From Chiloscyllium plagiosum (Eukaryota), in assembly GCF_004010195.1 (NCBI RefSeq), contig NC_057719.1, positions 11,972,002-12,036,001 of the forward strand: a stretch of 64,000 nt of DNA, given 5' to 3'. Within the stretch, counting starts at the first letter, position 1; every line of letters begins with the position of its first letter. This document shows positions 14,232-28,609 of this stretch, piece after piece. Below the pieces are notes generated by a model. That model saw only the letters and a program-made list of their open reading frames with translations, searched no databases and was not told the origin of the DNA. Made by a program: the position numbers and the translations under genes.

Positions 14232-14542
14232 GATCCCATTCAGTGCAGAAACAGGGCATTTGGCCCAACAAATCCACACCAGCACTTCACTCATATCCAT
14301 CCCCTGACCTTTAACCTGTAACCCTACATGTCTCATGGAGAATGCACCTAACCTACACATGCTTGAAATTATGGGCAATTTTGCATGGCAAATCCAACTA
14401 ACTTGCACATCTTTGGACTGTGGAAGGAAACCAATGCAGATGCAGGGAGAACATGCAAACTCCACACAGACAGAAGCCTAAGGGTGGAAATTAAACCCGG
14501 GTCCCTGGTAACATGAGGTAGCAATGCTAACTACTGAGCCAT
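14232..14542 (-). mobile_element. HE1-like V-SINE
   Basis: Reverse complement of head, V-domain and tail. Confidence 0.85.
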
Positions 14543-14614
14543 CCCTGATATTTCTGAATGGCAAAGTAATTTTTCACACCTAAATTACCAAATACACAAT
14601 TACATTGAAAGTTA

Positions 14615-14731
<117 letters not shown>

Positions 14732-15726
14732 CTAAAACAGAAGAGTTCACATTTTGAACCAATTACAAAGTTAAGAAAGTAAAGCAATTCAAATATCAGT
14801 TTCCAACACAGTTTACTTTTACAGTATGATTAGTTTATTTTAAGTTTGACTTAACTGCCTAAATTTCTGAATTTGACATGGAGCATTTATTTTAGCTGAA
14901 TGCACCTTCCATCTTGCGAGGTTTTGATAACGTACAGAGTTTAGTGATACCAAGTTTCATTAACACTGATTATACAGAATTGATTTACAGAACTGAAATA
15001 GACATTGGCTTGATCTTCCAAACTGATTCGACTGAAAACAAATGCATTGTCAAGTATAAGCATCAGGACCCCTCAGAAGTTCAACCTATAACTCCAACAG
15101 TTGTCATCCAGTGAGTTTAAACTTCCTATGGTTTATTCTCCAACTCACTGGCACCCCGTGTAAATGCCTCCAACACTGATTTAGTTCGAAACTTGGGAGA
15201 GATCTAACATATTAACCAGATAATTACCTATGAACGTCACAGTAAAACCACGACAACCTCCCAGGCAAGTTTACAGCTAATCAGCCACCTTTACCTAAGC
15301 CAAAGAACTGAACTCACCATCCTAGCCAATGACCACCCTACCCACTAGCCCATACATTAATATTCTTACTAACAAAGTTGCAACATGTAAATCGTTACTT
15401 ACCACTTCACTGCAACTAATGTGTTTTTTTAAAAAGTAAAAAAGGCACAGCTTTTTTGGGCTGAAGGAATTAGGAAGAATCCTCCATTGGAAGGCTGGCC
15501 AGAAAAAAAGCGGAAGGCAGCAAGTGGGTAATGTTTTGCCTGGTCAGCATCAGAAAGAAGGCTCTAATGCTGACTAGAAGATTTGAGTCACTGCAGAATC
15601 ACATTAACCAATGACGATTTGATAAATTTCACCATGCAAGAATTATACTAAAATATTGTCTTATGCAAGTAGTCATAAACTTAATTGAAAAATAGTGTGA
15701 ATCAGTTAGCACTCAAGAAAAAATAC

Positions 15727-16012
<286 letters not shown>

Positions 16013-17221
16013 TTAACATGCTCCTTCTCCAATATCTATCTCAAATTAAGACATTTTCTGATCACAGATCCTTTACTTAAAGATTTACCCTTTCTGAAGG
16101 ATTTACCACATCTCTGAAGGTCTATATAAGGTCTACATGGGGCACCAGAACATGAAGCCCTCCAGCGAGTGTTCAACAAGTCCAAGAGGCAGCACATTGT
16201 ATTCAGCATTAGTGGCAAACTTCTAGTACAAGCCAAATAGTCAGATTCACATATTAGGTCCAATTGCCTTCTCCATAAAGCGGAGTCAATTTTATTATGA
16301 CACTCCAACAGCCTAGCTTAGCTAACTCAATGAGACATGGTTTTAGTATCCCAGCAGCAACGAAATACTAAAATTATTAACAAAGTACTTCCAAACAGGT
16401 TGGGACAAAAATCTTGATGTATCAAGGCAGTTTAATATTGAAACAGGATTCTTCTTCTTAGCTAGTCCCTCGGATAGCAATGATGATAGAAGAATTGGCC
16501 AGTCAGTCCAGAGTCTGCTTCACCATTCACTATAATCATGGCTGATCCTCAAGCTAAACCCCCATTCCCTGCAGAACCCCATTATGCTTTTGGTGCCAAG
16601 AAGTAGATTTCTTTCTTAAATACATTCAATAACTTGATCTTCACCACATGTTCACCTTAAGTGGACAGATTCACGTATCAGTTCTGAATGATCTACACAA
16701 CAGCCAAAGATTATTCCCAACCAGATGGAGCATTTCCCCTACATTGTCTATCCAGCCTTGTCAGAATTTTCTGTTTCGATAAAATCCCCCACATTCTACT
16801 AAACTCTTATTGAATAAAGGTCTAATTGATTCAGTCTCTCAAATGACAGTCAGTCAGTCAAAGAATCATCTAAACCTTTGCTGCACTCTCTCTCTGGCAA
16901 GCATATCATTTTAGCTAAGCAACCAAAACCACATAATAATTGTGGCCTCACCAAGGTCTGTTGCAGCTGCAACAAGATGTCCTGTGCTCAGATACTCTTA
17001 ACAAAAGTAAGCACTACAATTTCCTTCCTAACTGCTTGATGAACCTGCATGCCTGCTTTCAGTGTCTGGTGCTCAAAGACACCAGAGTCCCTTTGTACAC
17101 CAACATTTGCAGTCAAATAAAATAGTCATTCTTTTTCCCTTCTAAATCAGAACTTCACATTTATCTATGTTATAGTGCATTGATCATTTACCCACCCATT
17201 CAAGATGTTTTCCCCATGCTA

Positions 17222-17510
17222 GAAGTGGGCATCTCTGGCTAGGTCAGCAGTTATTGCCCATTTGTAACTGACCAGTGAGTAGTTAGAGTCAACCACACTG
17301 CTGTGGATCTGGAGTCACATGTAGGCTAGATCAGGTAGGCATGACATATTTCATTTCCTGAAAGGACATTAGTGAACCAGATGGCTCATTAGACCCTTAA
17401 TTTAAGATTCTTTATTGAATTCAAATTTCACCACCTGCCATGGGTCCCTAGAACATTAGCAGAGTTCCGGGATTAGTCTTGTGATAATATCTCTAGGCCA
17501 CTGCCTCCCC
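17222..17510 (-). mobile_element. Second tRNA-derived SINE family
   Basis: Reverse complement of ggggaggcagtggcctagag...gaatttgaattcaataaa...ccatctggttcactaatgtcc...caataactgctg; related copies at 33898-35485 (split) and 47832. Confidence 0.7.
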
Positions 17511-17537
17511 ATGTCTGAATTTCCTTGAAACGTCTAG

Positions 17538-18700
17538 AGAGTCAGAGTCTAACAGCACGGAGACAGGCCCTTTGCCTCAAAGTGGTCCATGCTGACCAAA
17601 GATGTCCGTCCGCGCTCACCCCTTTTCCCTGCACTTGGCCCATATCCTTTTAATCCTCTCATCCATGTATTGGCCCAAATGCCTCTTAAATGTTATTACA
17701 GTAGCCACCTCAACCACTTCCACTGGCAGATCATTCCATATGTTTACCACCCTGTGTAAAGAAAAAGGTGCCCCTCGGGTTCCCTTTTATTCTTCCCCCT
17801 CTAACCTTAAACTGATGTCTTCTAGCCCTCATTCTCCAACCCTGGGAAAAAGACAGTGCATTGTTTAGCATGGACGAAGGGCCTGTTTCCATACTTTATA
17901 ACTATGATTCACCCCATCCATGTCTCTCATGGCCTCTAAAAGGTCTCCCTTAAGAGTCAAGAGTCAGTCATCGAGATGTACAGCATGGAAACAGACCTTT
18001 CGGTCCAACCCGCCCATGCCGACCAGATATCCCAATCCAATCTCGTCCCACTTGCCAGCATCTAGCCCATATCCCTCCAAACCCTTCCTATTCATATACC
18101 CATCCAAATGCCTCTTTAATGTTGCAATTGTGCCAGACTCCACTCATTCCATACCCGTACTTTTTCTTAGCTGAACCCTCAAATTTCTTTAGTTATCCAG
18201 CATTCCCTACACCTACCAGCCTTTCCTTTCATCCTGACAGGAACATACTGTCTATGGACTCTCGTTATCTTATGCTGTAAATAAAGTCAGTGTGTCCAAC
18301 CTCTCCTGATAATTCACTATTGAGTCCTGGCAACACCCCTGTGCATTTCTTTTGCATTCTTTCCAGTTTAGTAACATCCTTCCTACAGCAAGGTGACCAA
18401 AAACTGAATGCAATACTCCAAAAGCAGCCCAATGTCCTGTATAACTTCCCAACTTCTAAAACTCAGTGCCCTGACTCATGAAGGCCAGTATGCCAAAAGC
18501 CTTCTTCACTGCCCTGTCTACCTGTGACTCCACTTTCAGAGAACTGTGAACCTGAACTCCAAGATCCTGCTGTTCCACTACACTCCTTAATGCCCTACCA
18601 TTAACCATGAAACCCCTATTTTGATTTGACTTTCCAAAATGTAAGACCTCACACTTACCTATATCTACGGCCTTGCCATTCAATTCGTCCTAGCTGTCAA
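17538..18700 (-). mobile_element. Cluster of CR1 3' ends and RT fragments
   Basis: Reverse-strand KCEVLHFGKSN...DLGVQVHSSLKV and two gagtca-tagag type tails. Confidence 0.85.
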
Positions 18701-19099
18701 ATAGATAGGGACCAAACACCAATGGCTCTGGTATCCCACTTGTCACTGCCTCCCACTCCAAAGGAGATCAATTTATTCCTACTGTTTCTTAGCTGCTGCT
18801 AACCAGTTCTCTATTCATGCGATATTACTCTAACACCATGATTTTAAATTGTGAACACAAGCCTATGTGAGACTCAAGCTTTCTCAAAATCCAAATATCA
18901 CAATTAATGGCTCTCTTCTCTGTTCTACCAGGTACATGCTGAAAAATCTCATGGGCTGTCAAATGTGATATTCTTTTCACAAATCCACATCAACTTTCGT
19001 TGATCATTGGTAGTTTCTAAGTGTTTTGTTATTGGATCTTTGTAAACGTTGATGCCTTCTTCACTTTGTGGGTCCTGAGTTGACTGTAAAGAGTTCAAT

Positions 19100-20560
19100 G
19101 CAGGATCAGCCCTCACTGCCACAGGTAAAGTTTGAGGTGGTGCGTGGTACAATCACATTTTCTTTTGCATTTATATTTAGCTTCCACCTGAATACTTGAA
19201 ATACTCAATGCCTAGCAACTTCACAGTTGTTTCCACTCCAGTTGGGATAGTCTCGGGCAAGAGATTTACATGGCTTGTTGGGATGCTGCCAGGAAGGCTT
19301 TCAGGACATCAGAGAACTATTTTCTTTGCATTCTTGATAACCAGATCCTGCCAAAGCACAGAATTATGTTTTATGTGGATGATGCAGCCTGTAACTCAAC
19401 ATTACAGGATCTCATGCTTGTGTTGCTGGGCCTGAGAGCACACACTGATAGGATAGGTGCTCTGCCACTGTATTTGCAGGATTCTAGAGATATTGCTGGT
19501 GATATTTCTCTACGGTGTCTTGAAACAATCTGATTCACTCCATGTGACATCAGGGAATGGTCAAAAGGTTAATAGGTACAACAGAGGCTAGGGGGGTCTA
19601 TAACATCCCATTTGTCATACTGAAGATATGCTAAAGATTGAGATTACGGTTTGCAAAACTGCTCCAGTACAGAATATTTGTATCCTCTGCCAAAAGTGAT
19701 TAAGAGCCCTGGTATTCTCAGTTAACTGAAGTACAAGGCAAATCCAATTGGACCACTTGCTGTCCAAAAATTTACACAAATCATGTGCAAAATGTAGAAA
19801 AATATTAATAGAGACATCAAATGACAAGAATCCACTGTGATGTTCAGTGTGGACTTGTTCACCAGTATTTAGGTCTCATTACAACCTTGATCCAATCAGG
19901 TTATCAAGGGAATTCAGTTGTTGCCAAAGGTGGTATTTGACAGCATATGGCATCAAGGAGTCCTAACAAAATTCAAGTCAATGAGAATCAAGAGGAAAAC
20001 TATACACTGGATAGAGTCAAACCTAGCATAAAAAAGGATGCTGGTTTTGAAAAAAGGGCTTTGCAAGGTAGTTTTGCCCTAGGGTCAACCACATTTAATT
20101 AGTTCATCAATGACCTTAATGAACCCATCCTAAGTTCAGAGTGACATGATGTCAGATATTTGCACCATTCAGGAATATTGGCAACATCTCAAATAATGAA
20201 GTAGTAATTCATGCCTGCATTCTGCAAAACTCTGGTCAACATGCAGGCTGGACTGAAACTACCAAGAAATATTCATGTCACAGATACTAGCCAACACCCA
20301 TCTAACCATCTTCCTTGGCACTGCCATCACAGAATCTCTCACCAACATCCTAATGGTTACCATTGACAGGAAATATATAGCTGGGCCAGTCTTACAAATA
20401 TCATTGCTACAAAAACAGACCAGAATCCTACAGTGAGCAATTTAAACCTAGACTCCTCAAAAGGCACAAGTGTGATATAACACACACTTCTTGCCTGGAT
20501 GAGTGCAGCTCCAATTATGCTCAGAAGTCAACCTACTGATATGCTCCCAATATACCAATT
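19100..20560 (+). mobile_element. Degraded LINE of a second family (RT remnant FDxxWHQG.L.K.KSM.I..KT.HW)
   Basis: Motif remnants at about 19930-20030; the family's 3' part reappears at about 22630-22930. Confidence 0.55.
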
Positions 20561-21444
20561 AACCCCACAATTGTAACAGTGCTTAAGTTTAGAATATTTT
20601 GGACCTGCTGGTTTAAATATTGAGTAAAAGATGGTGGTTCTACAACCAGCTCTCAGACTCATAGTATGCCTGGACATTATGTTTGGCGAAGACTAACAAG
20701 GTGGTGCAAGTAGTTTATACTTTGAGATAAGGGCTGCAGTCTGAGTACATAAGTCTCCCAAAGACCCAAAAAGGTAAAGGTTGTCAACAGTCATGCCGTA
20801 AGCTGTCCACTTACTTCTAATGGCTAGAGAGACCTTGGTTCAAGCATGGCTACCTGGATATGATGAACACGGCAGAGGTAACTATTTTTGAGATTAGGTG
20901 ACAGATTGATTTGTAGGCAATTGACGGATTGATTTGTAGGCAATAGATCATAGATGGCAAAGGTTCTGTGCGGTCAGTGAATAAAAGGTTGCTTGACGTT
21001 ACAAGTTACCATCAGATGTGGAAAAGGACATCTCGTTGAAAGACATGCACTCTGTAGTCACCCAACGATTGAGATTTATCTTATGGCCAGGGAAAGAATA
21101 ATCTGAAAAGAAATCCATTGCTTGTAGTCAAGTAAAAAAAGCTTTCCAAAAAAGTGGGGATAAAGCGAGTGGAAACTTTTAATCAAGAAATAACTTTGAT
21201 CAGATGAGAATACAAGGGAAACTGGGAACCATGAACTGCCTCCAAAAATGACATTTCCATGAGAAATGCAATATGCACAAAACTTACTATAAGACAAATT
21301 TCCCTAATTATGCTTTAGAGCAAACAGGTGTCTAGAAGAACAAAGCAGCATGTAGCCAGTGCTTTTAGTTATTCGATACAGTAAAAATTTGAAGTTTCAG
21401 TGTGAAACCTTACTGTGTCATGCTTTCAATTAGTAACTGAAAGT

Positions 21445-22590
21445 TAGAAAGTTTTGGAGAAGATTTGTAGCTCAGACTGAGGTTTTGGATGTAGGTTTAC
21501 TCGCTGAGCTGGAAGGTTCATTGCCAGAGGTTTCGTCACCCTACTAGGTAACATCTTCAGCAAGCCTCCAAACTAAGCACTGTTGGTTTTTCCTGCTAGG
21601 TTTGGGTTTCCTTGGGTTGGTGATGTCATTTCCTGTTCTTTTTTCCTTAGAGGCTGGTAAATGGGATCCAAGTCAATGTGTTTGTTGGAATGCCAAATTT
21701 CTAGGAGTTCTCATGCACGTCTGTTTGGCTTGTCCTAGGACGGATATGTTGTCCCACTCAAAGTGGTGCCTTTCCTCATCCATATTTAAGGATACTAGTG
21801 AAAGTGGGTCATGTCTTGTTGTGGCTATGTTCATGTATCCTGGTGGCTAGTTTTCGGTTTGTCCAATGTAGTGTTTCTTAGAGTTCTTGCAAGGTATTTT
21901 GTAAATGACATTAGTTTTGCTCGTTATCTGTATAGGGTCTTTCAAGTTCATTAAGCTACTGTTTTGGTGTGTTGATGAGTTTGTGGGCTACCATGATGCC
22001 AAGGGGTCTGAATAGTCTAGCAGTCATTTCTGTGATGTCTTTCATGTAGGGGAGTGGCTAGGGTTTCTGGATGTGTTTTGTCTGCTTGTTTGGGTTTGTT
22101 GCTGAGAAATCAGCAGACTGTGTTCATTGGGTAGCCATTCTTTTTGAATAGACTGATTTTCCTCTGCTCTGCGTAGTTCCTGTGCGCTGCAGTGTGGTGG
22201 CTTGTTGAAATAACATTCTGATACAGGTTCGTTTGTGGGTGTTGGGATGATTGCTTCTATAGTTCAATATTTGGTTTGTATGTGTTGTTTGCCTGTAGAT
22301 GCTGGTTTGAAGATCCCCTTTGACTGTTCGCTCTACAGTGACATCTAGGAATGGTTGTTTTCCTCCTCTTTAGTGAATTTTATGCCAGTAAGGGTATTAT
22401 TGATGGTCTTGAAAGTTCCCTCTAACTTGTTTAGTTTAGTGATGACATCCATTTAGCAGACCCAGATTTTGGGCTGGATGGTTGGCAGAACTGTTTGTTC
22501 GAGTCTCTGCATTATTGCCTCCGCTAAGATTCCTGATATCAGAGATCCCATGGGTGTTCCTTTGGTTTGTCTGTAGGTTTTGTTGTTGCA
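21445..22590 (-). mobile_element. Penelope-like element, family C (Poseidon-like), 5'-truncated
   Basis: The reverse strand encodes GTPMGSLISG, RT C-terminal and GIY-YIG remnants (NVIYKIPCK...YIGQT); the terminus carries a hammerhead-like motif at about 21527-21560. Confidence 0.85.
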
Positions 22591-24198
22591 AATCTGGATT
22601 TTAAATGTTATTTTTCTTTACAGAGCTCGTAACACACTACCTCTGCCACTAGACAAAGTGGCAGCAATGCATGCCATCTACAAACAACATGCCATGATTC
22701 CTTTAACAGTACCTTTCAAATCCACATAGGAGAGGAAGGGTAATGTTTGGGGAAACAGCACCACCTGGAGGTGGTCCTCTACATTATACACTACACTGGC
22801 TTGTAATATACCATTACTTCGTTGTCACAGGATCAAAAACATGAAGCCTCCATCAAAATACCTACACTAACTCAATTCCTACATTTTCAGAAGGCAGCTC
22901 ACCATCTCAAAGCAATCACCTGTTTTGTAGAATGAAAAAAGCCTGAAGCAAATTATTAAAATCACATTTAATAATTTAATTCAGGAAAACAAATAAATTC
23001 CAGCCTATGTATGCAAAGATCACCTGGAGCTCCCCGATCACACTAAAAATAAAATCACTTTACATGGAAACAAAAACCTTAAGCAGTTTAAAAAGCTTAA
23101 CCCTTCTCATTTATTACTTGTCAACAATTTTAAAACTCTGCATTTCATTTTTTTGCTCCATGGACTGTTATGTCACATGCATTCTACAGAGGGTACCCAT
23201 TGCCAATCATACTTTCCACAGTACAATGAATTTCCCTTTTTTCCCCCTCACTCACCCTCTGCCCTCATTTACAACCAGTTACATTAACTTCCGCTAGCTC
23301 TTATCAAAAAGGTCTAGAATCTGAAACATTTAGTTTTGTTTAATTCTTTCCAGAGATGCTGCCTCAGCTGAGTACATCCAGTATTTTAATATTCTAGTAA
23401 GTTGGTCCACTTACTACTATTTTTGCTGCCCCATGACTTAAAAAAGTGAAATCTAAGTTTTCAAAATTTACCAGGACAAAAAGTTCTTTTACAATTCATT
23501 CAAAATCCTGGTTCTTCATTGGTCTAAAATGAACCTAATGGAATTAAATCTTTCCATCTTTCAGACAGGAGTAGTTTCAATGCTCAAAGGACAAAGAGCT
23601 GAGAACCAGACTGAAGGAATTTGCATGAAGAGCCTGATCAGCTAGACTTTAAACACTATTCGTTAAATATCCCACTTAATCCAAAACTGGATTCTTGTTC
23701 CCTCTGCTGTACTTCCTACTGCTGCATTAAAAATTGCATTAATGAACAATGATACCCAAAGACAAGTCATTAAAGGCTTGAGTTTTAGCCAGTATTGGTG
23801 GATCAACAGTAGCTTTGTCCAAAGGGTTCGAGATAGTGCCAACACCAGACAACTCCTTGTGAGCTCCATCCAGCAGACATAAAACATTTCTTATCACTGT
23901 TCTACACTTTCCTAGATCTGTAAAAATTACTAATAATGTTCTTTTCTTGTTAATGTTGATCTTGCCTAACTCATCCTTTGCAGTGTAACCTTTATGCCTT
24001 ACTCGATGATCTGTACGTCCTTGCTTACTATGACCTGCCTGCAAACAAAACTCTTTGCACTTTGGTAGATGTGACAAATAGAGAAAAAAAATCAGTTTCC
24101 TTTTGTACATTCATGCCACTGTGGTAATAGGAATCTGCAGCTGCAGAAATTCCATTTTCTAAAATTATACACCTGCAGGTGTGCAATGACGACATTCA

Positions 24199-24372
<174 letters not shown>

Positions 24373-24480
24373 TCATTAGGTCCTTCATGATGTCACAAAA
24401 TACTTCAATATCTGAAGCAAGCTAACTGCTGCTATACAGGTAGTCAAGGAGCTCCCACAAATAAGAACTCTGAACGAATC

Positions 24481-25177
24481 TTTTGGATGTAGATTTGCTC
24501 ACTGAGCTGAAAGGTTCACTTCCAGACATTTCATTATCCTACGAGGGAGCATCTTCAATGGGCCTCAGGCGAAGCAATACCGAAAATTCCTGCTTTCTAT
24601 TTATATCTTTGGGTTGGTGATGTCATTCCTGTGGTGAAGTCACTTCCTGTTCCTTTTCTCAGAGGGTAGTAAATGGGGTCTAACTGTGTGTTTGTTGGTA
24701 GAGTTCCGGTCGGAATGCCATGCTTCTAGGAATTCACGTGCGTGTCTTTGTTTGGCTTGCCCTAGGATGGATGTGTTGTCACAGTCGAAGTGGTGTCCTT
24801 CCTCATCCGTTCGTGAGGATACTAGTGAGAGAGGGTCATGTCTTTTTGTGGCTAGTTGGTGTTCATGTATCCTGGTGGCTAGTTTCATTTTTAAATTCGA
24901 CCGGAACTCTACCAACAAACAGAGTTAGACTCCATCTACCACCCCCTGAGAAAAGAGACAGGAAGTGACTTCACCACAGGAAATAACATCACCAACCCAA
25001 AGAAATCCAAACATTTTAAATAGAAAGCAGGAATTTTCAGCATTGCTTCGCCTGAGGCCCACCGAAGATATTACCTAGTAGGATAACAAAACGTCCAGAA
25101 ATGAACCTTGCAGCTCATCTAGCAAACCATATCCAAAACCTCAACCTGAGTTACAAATCTTCTCTAAACTCGTTAAG
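24481..25177. mobile_element. Fold-back PLE family C
   Basis: Minus arm 24481-24885 and plus arm about 24900-25175; TSD tgaacgaatc (24471-80) / tgaatgaatc (25178-87). Confidence 0.85.
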
Positions 25178-25385
25178 TGAATGAATCAGCCAATTCAAGG
25201 AAATGCAAGCTTAAGGATACAGATGAGCTCATAGCTTTGCTTCAATTATTGCTATGGGCATGTTAAGTCCATTTGAGCAAGAAGACTGGGTGTTAAGTTA
25301 CTAGCAAATTATTAGAATGTCAGCAAAATTATGTTAAAAATCACAACACCTGGTTATAGCCCAACAGGTTTAATTGGAAGCACAC

Positions 25386-25414
25386 TAGCTTTCGGAGCGA
25401 CGCTCCTTCATCAG
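25386..25414 (-). ncRNA. Minimal hammerhead ribozyme core (family B), PAPOLA-sense strand
   Basis: cac-CUGAUGA-A-GGAGC guc GCUCC-GAAAGCUA-gug: 3-bp helix I, stem II, palindromic AGCU and a CUA triplet. Confidence 0.8.
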
Positions 25415-25500
25415 GTGATTGTGAAGGGATCAATTGTAACAGAATTTGTAGCAAAAATATGCTATAAATTTTGTGTTACAATCGATCCCTCCACAATCAT

Positions 25501-25529
25501 CTGATGAAGGAGCGTCGCTCCGAAAGCTA
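25501..25529 (+). ncRNA. Minimal hammerhead ribozyme core (family B), plus-strand copy
   Basis: ctgatgaaggagcgtcgctccgaaagcta. Confidence 0.8.
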
Positions 25530-26091
25530 GTGTGCTTCCAATTAAACCTGTTGGACTATAACCTGGTGTTGTGTGATTTTTAACTTTGTACACCCCAGTC
25601 CAACACCGGCATCTCCAAATCATGAGCAAAATTATGGTACTCAAATCCTGAAGTGGTGCTGGAATTCTCATCCACAAATTGTTGGGTGGGGGGGCGGGCA
25701 TCAAGTTTGTTACTAATTGAGAAAATATAACATTCAACATATGTAAATATTTTCCTAAAATCAACAGCAAAGCTAGATTTATTCAGTATACCAAATTTGA
25801 GCTCACAGGTCAATGCCACCTCAGGAGAGGTTTGAGAGCATTTACACTTCTTGGCATATCTATTGCTCAATCTGTAGTACTTTCCAGAGGTATAGTCTTA
25901 ATTTAGTTTCCTTACCTGTGAATGCCCAAACCTACTGCATGTATTTAACACAACATACTTTAAATATCTGGCAGTTACATAATTTTAAACATCCTGTCAT
26001 TTGATTAATTCTCCGGTATGATTTCCAATTTCTTGGGAAGGATTACAAACTTTTTCCACTTGATTTACACAAGCAGCTTATTTACTAAATG

Positions 26092-27170
26092 GACAAAAAT
26101 CACAACACCAGATTACAGTCCAATGGGTTTATTTTAAAATAATAGATTTCGGAGCATTGCTCCTTCATCAGATGTTAGAGAAAGAGGCAGACCTTTGACA
26201 CAATTTATCAGGAAAAGATCAAACGGTCATGAAACTCATGTCAATGAATTGAACACACAAGATGACTCTTAAATCTTCAGTGAGAATGGAGGTGCAAGTT
26301 TTGATTCATTATATGCAAACCCCAGACTTTTTATTCCAAGTCACTGTCCTGAGCCAACTTCAGGTCTTAGCAATATAATGGTGGTGACACCACTGCTCAG
26401 ACAATGTATTTTAGGCATGAGGTTTTCATTCCTGAAGGGCTTATGCCAGAAACGTCGATTCTCCTGTACCCTGGATGCTGCCTGACCTGCTGCGCTTTTC
26501 CAGCAACACATTTTCAGCTCTGATCTCCAGCATCTGCAGACCTCACTTTCTCCTCAAAGATGTTTACACATTGTGTGTTGTTTGAACAAGACAATGTATC
26601 TACAAACAAAAATTCATTCTACAGCTGAGTGTGTGCACGTGCATGCATGAGAGCATGGGAAAATGTGCACACGCATGCGTATGCGAGAGAGAGGGTGAGA
26701 GCGAGTGTGCATGCGCACATAGTGGTAGTGGTGGGCCAGGGTGAGTGTGCGTGTGTGTTTGAGATGCACTGCAGGAAATAAAAGACAGATGCCAAACAAG
26801 ACCTCATGCCTGAAATACACTGTCTGACCAGAGGAGTCACCTTTATATTGATTACACCTTAAGTTGGCTCAAGGCAGTGACTTGAAAGAAATTCTGGGAT
26901 TTGCATATTAATCAATCAAAACCTGCACCTTCATTCTAAAGTTTTAAGAGCCATCTTATGTGCGTTCAATTCATTCGCATGAGTTGTATGACCCTTTGAT
27001 CATTTACTTATAAATTCTGTTTCTAAGGTTTTCCTTTCGCATGAACACCCTGATGAATAAGCAGCACACTAAAAGCTAGTGTTTTCAAATAAACCTGATG
27101 GACTATAATCTGGTGTTGTAAGATTTTTGATCTTGTCTAACCCAGTCCAACACCGGCTCCGCCGCATCAT
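26092..27170. mobile_element. Older, larger fold-back PLE family B with central GT/CA-rich simple sequence and a nested family A tail (about 26428-26555)
   Basis: Arms about 26092-26427 and 26800-27135 are diverged reverse complements sharing termini with 25334-25624; hammerhead-like core at 26143-26171 (-). Confidence 0.8.
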
Positions 27171-27288
27171 TTCCGAAACATGGTTACGGCCTTCACGGCG
27201 AAATCTCATCTATACTGTTTATTCCAAGTGGTAGTTGATATGATGTCGTACTGAACAAAACAAACCCCACTTAAATCACTGCCCTTAC

Positions 27289-27355
27289 CTTAATTTCACT
27301 GGTATCCCGGATCCACTCTTTAACTAAGCTATTAAGTTTTCCCAGAATTGCAATT
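27289..27355 (-). CDS. PAPOLA: PAPOLA exon 3 (67 nt): (R)IAILGKLNSLVKEWIRDTSEIK
   Basis: ttgcag acceptor and AAG|gtaagg donor; phase compatible with exons 2 and 4. Confidence 0.96.
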
Positions 27356-28254
27356 CTGCAAGATAAGGAGGCAATTAAACCTTCAATAAAATGTATCTCA
27401 AGTTTTCTTTTCAAAAAGAAAGATTGCTTCTCCTTTCATCATTTTACTTTATAATATTAAATACCTATAACAAGTGAAACTATTGTGGTCAATCCACATT
27501 TAATGAAAAATAAGTAGTGCTGTAAATGCTGAAGGGTTACAAACCATCACAGTCAACTTTCACGCAGACCTGATCTCATCAGTATTTGCAACAAGGCTTC
27601 CTTTAGTCACAACCTTGTGATATCATTTGGAAATAAGGCTTTGAGAAAGCCAATGCTCCAAATTAATTTTAAATCAAAAACTAATAGGGTCAGTCCATCC
27701 TGGATGGAGTCTGAAAGGATATCTACAGATTATAGAGCACAGATCATAACATATAGCAGCAGAATTAAGTCATTCAGCCCACCAAGTCTGCTCTGCCATC
27801 TGATCATGTTTCTCAACTCCATTCTACTGCCAGTGCTGGAACTTTTGATCCCCTTACCACTACAACTTGAGGTATAAAGCTTCCTAGAACATGCAGATTC
27901 TTCCCAAATTATAGCAATTTGGGCCAACATCCTCTCATTGCTACAATATGTACAAATTAAATTGCACAGCTTTCACAAAGCAGAACACATTACATTAAGA
28001 ATTTAAGAAAAGATCGAGTCAGTCAAACACACAATCTTTCAAAAAATAACCAACACCACAATCCACTTCTGGTTTGAAATCAATCTAACAGACTGATCTA
28101 AAGAAAGTTTTGGCATTGGCATGTTAGAGGGGAAAGTCAGATTAAAAGTCAAAGCAATTATTCACCTGGACATTTATTTTTAATTCCCTCAAAATACAGA
28201 TATCAGTAGTAAGCTGAAACTTGCCTGGGCCTTGTTGCCAAAAAGAAAGGTGTT

Positions 28255-28572
28255 CATTGAAGCCCTACAGTGAGGAAGGAGGCCCAACAAGTCTGCACTG
28301 ATCCTCCAAAGAGCATCCCCATCTAGACTTAGCCCCCCACCATATCCCGTAACCTCAGACTTAAACCACTTAACTTGCGCATTCCTGAACACTATGGAGA
28401 AATGTCAGCATAGTCAATCCACCTAACCTGCACATCTTTGGACTGTGGGAGAAAACCCATTCAAACAAAGGAACACTATCCAAAGATGTGCACACAGACT
28501 CTATGATCCAAGGCCGGAATCTAACCTGCATCCCTGATGTTGAGAGACAGCAGTGCTAACCATTGAGCCATC
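28255..28572 (-). mobile_element. HE1-like V-SINE (diverged)
   Basis: Reverse complement of the SINE head and tail. Confidence 0.75.
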
Positions 28573-28609
28573 AAGTGTTGGTAAACCATTATCTTAGTAA
28601 AAAATGTCA

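Larger units (their letters stand above)
25334..25624. mobile_element. Fold-back PLE family B mini-element (about 120-bp arms, about 38-nt tail)
   Basis: Near-perfect inverted repeat centred at about 25456; perfect 12-bp TSD agcaaaattatg at 25322-25333 and 25625-25636. Confidence 0.9.
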
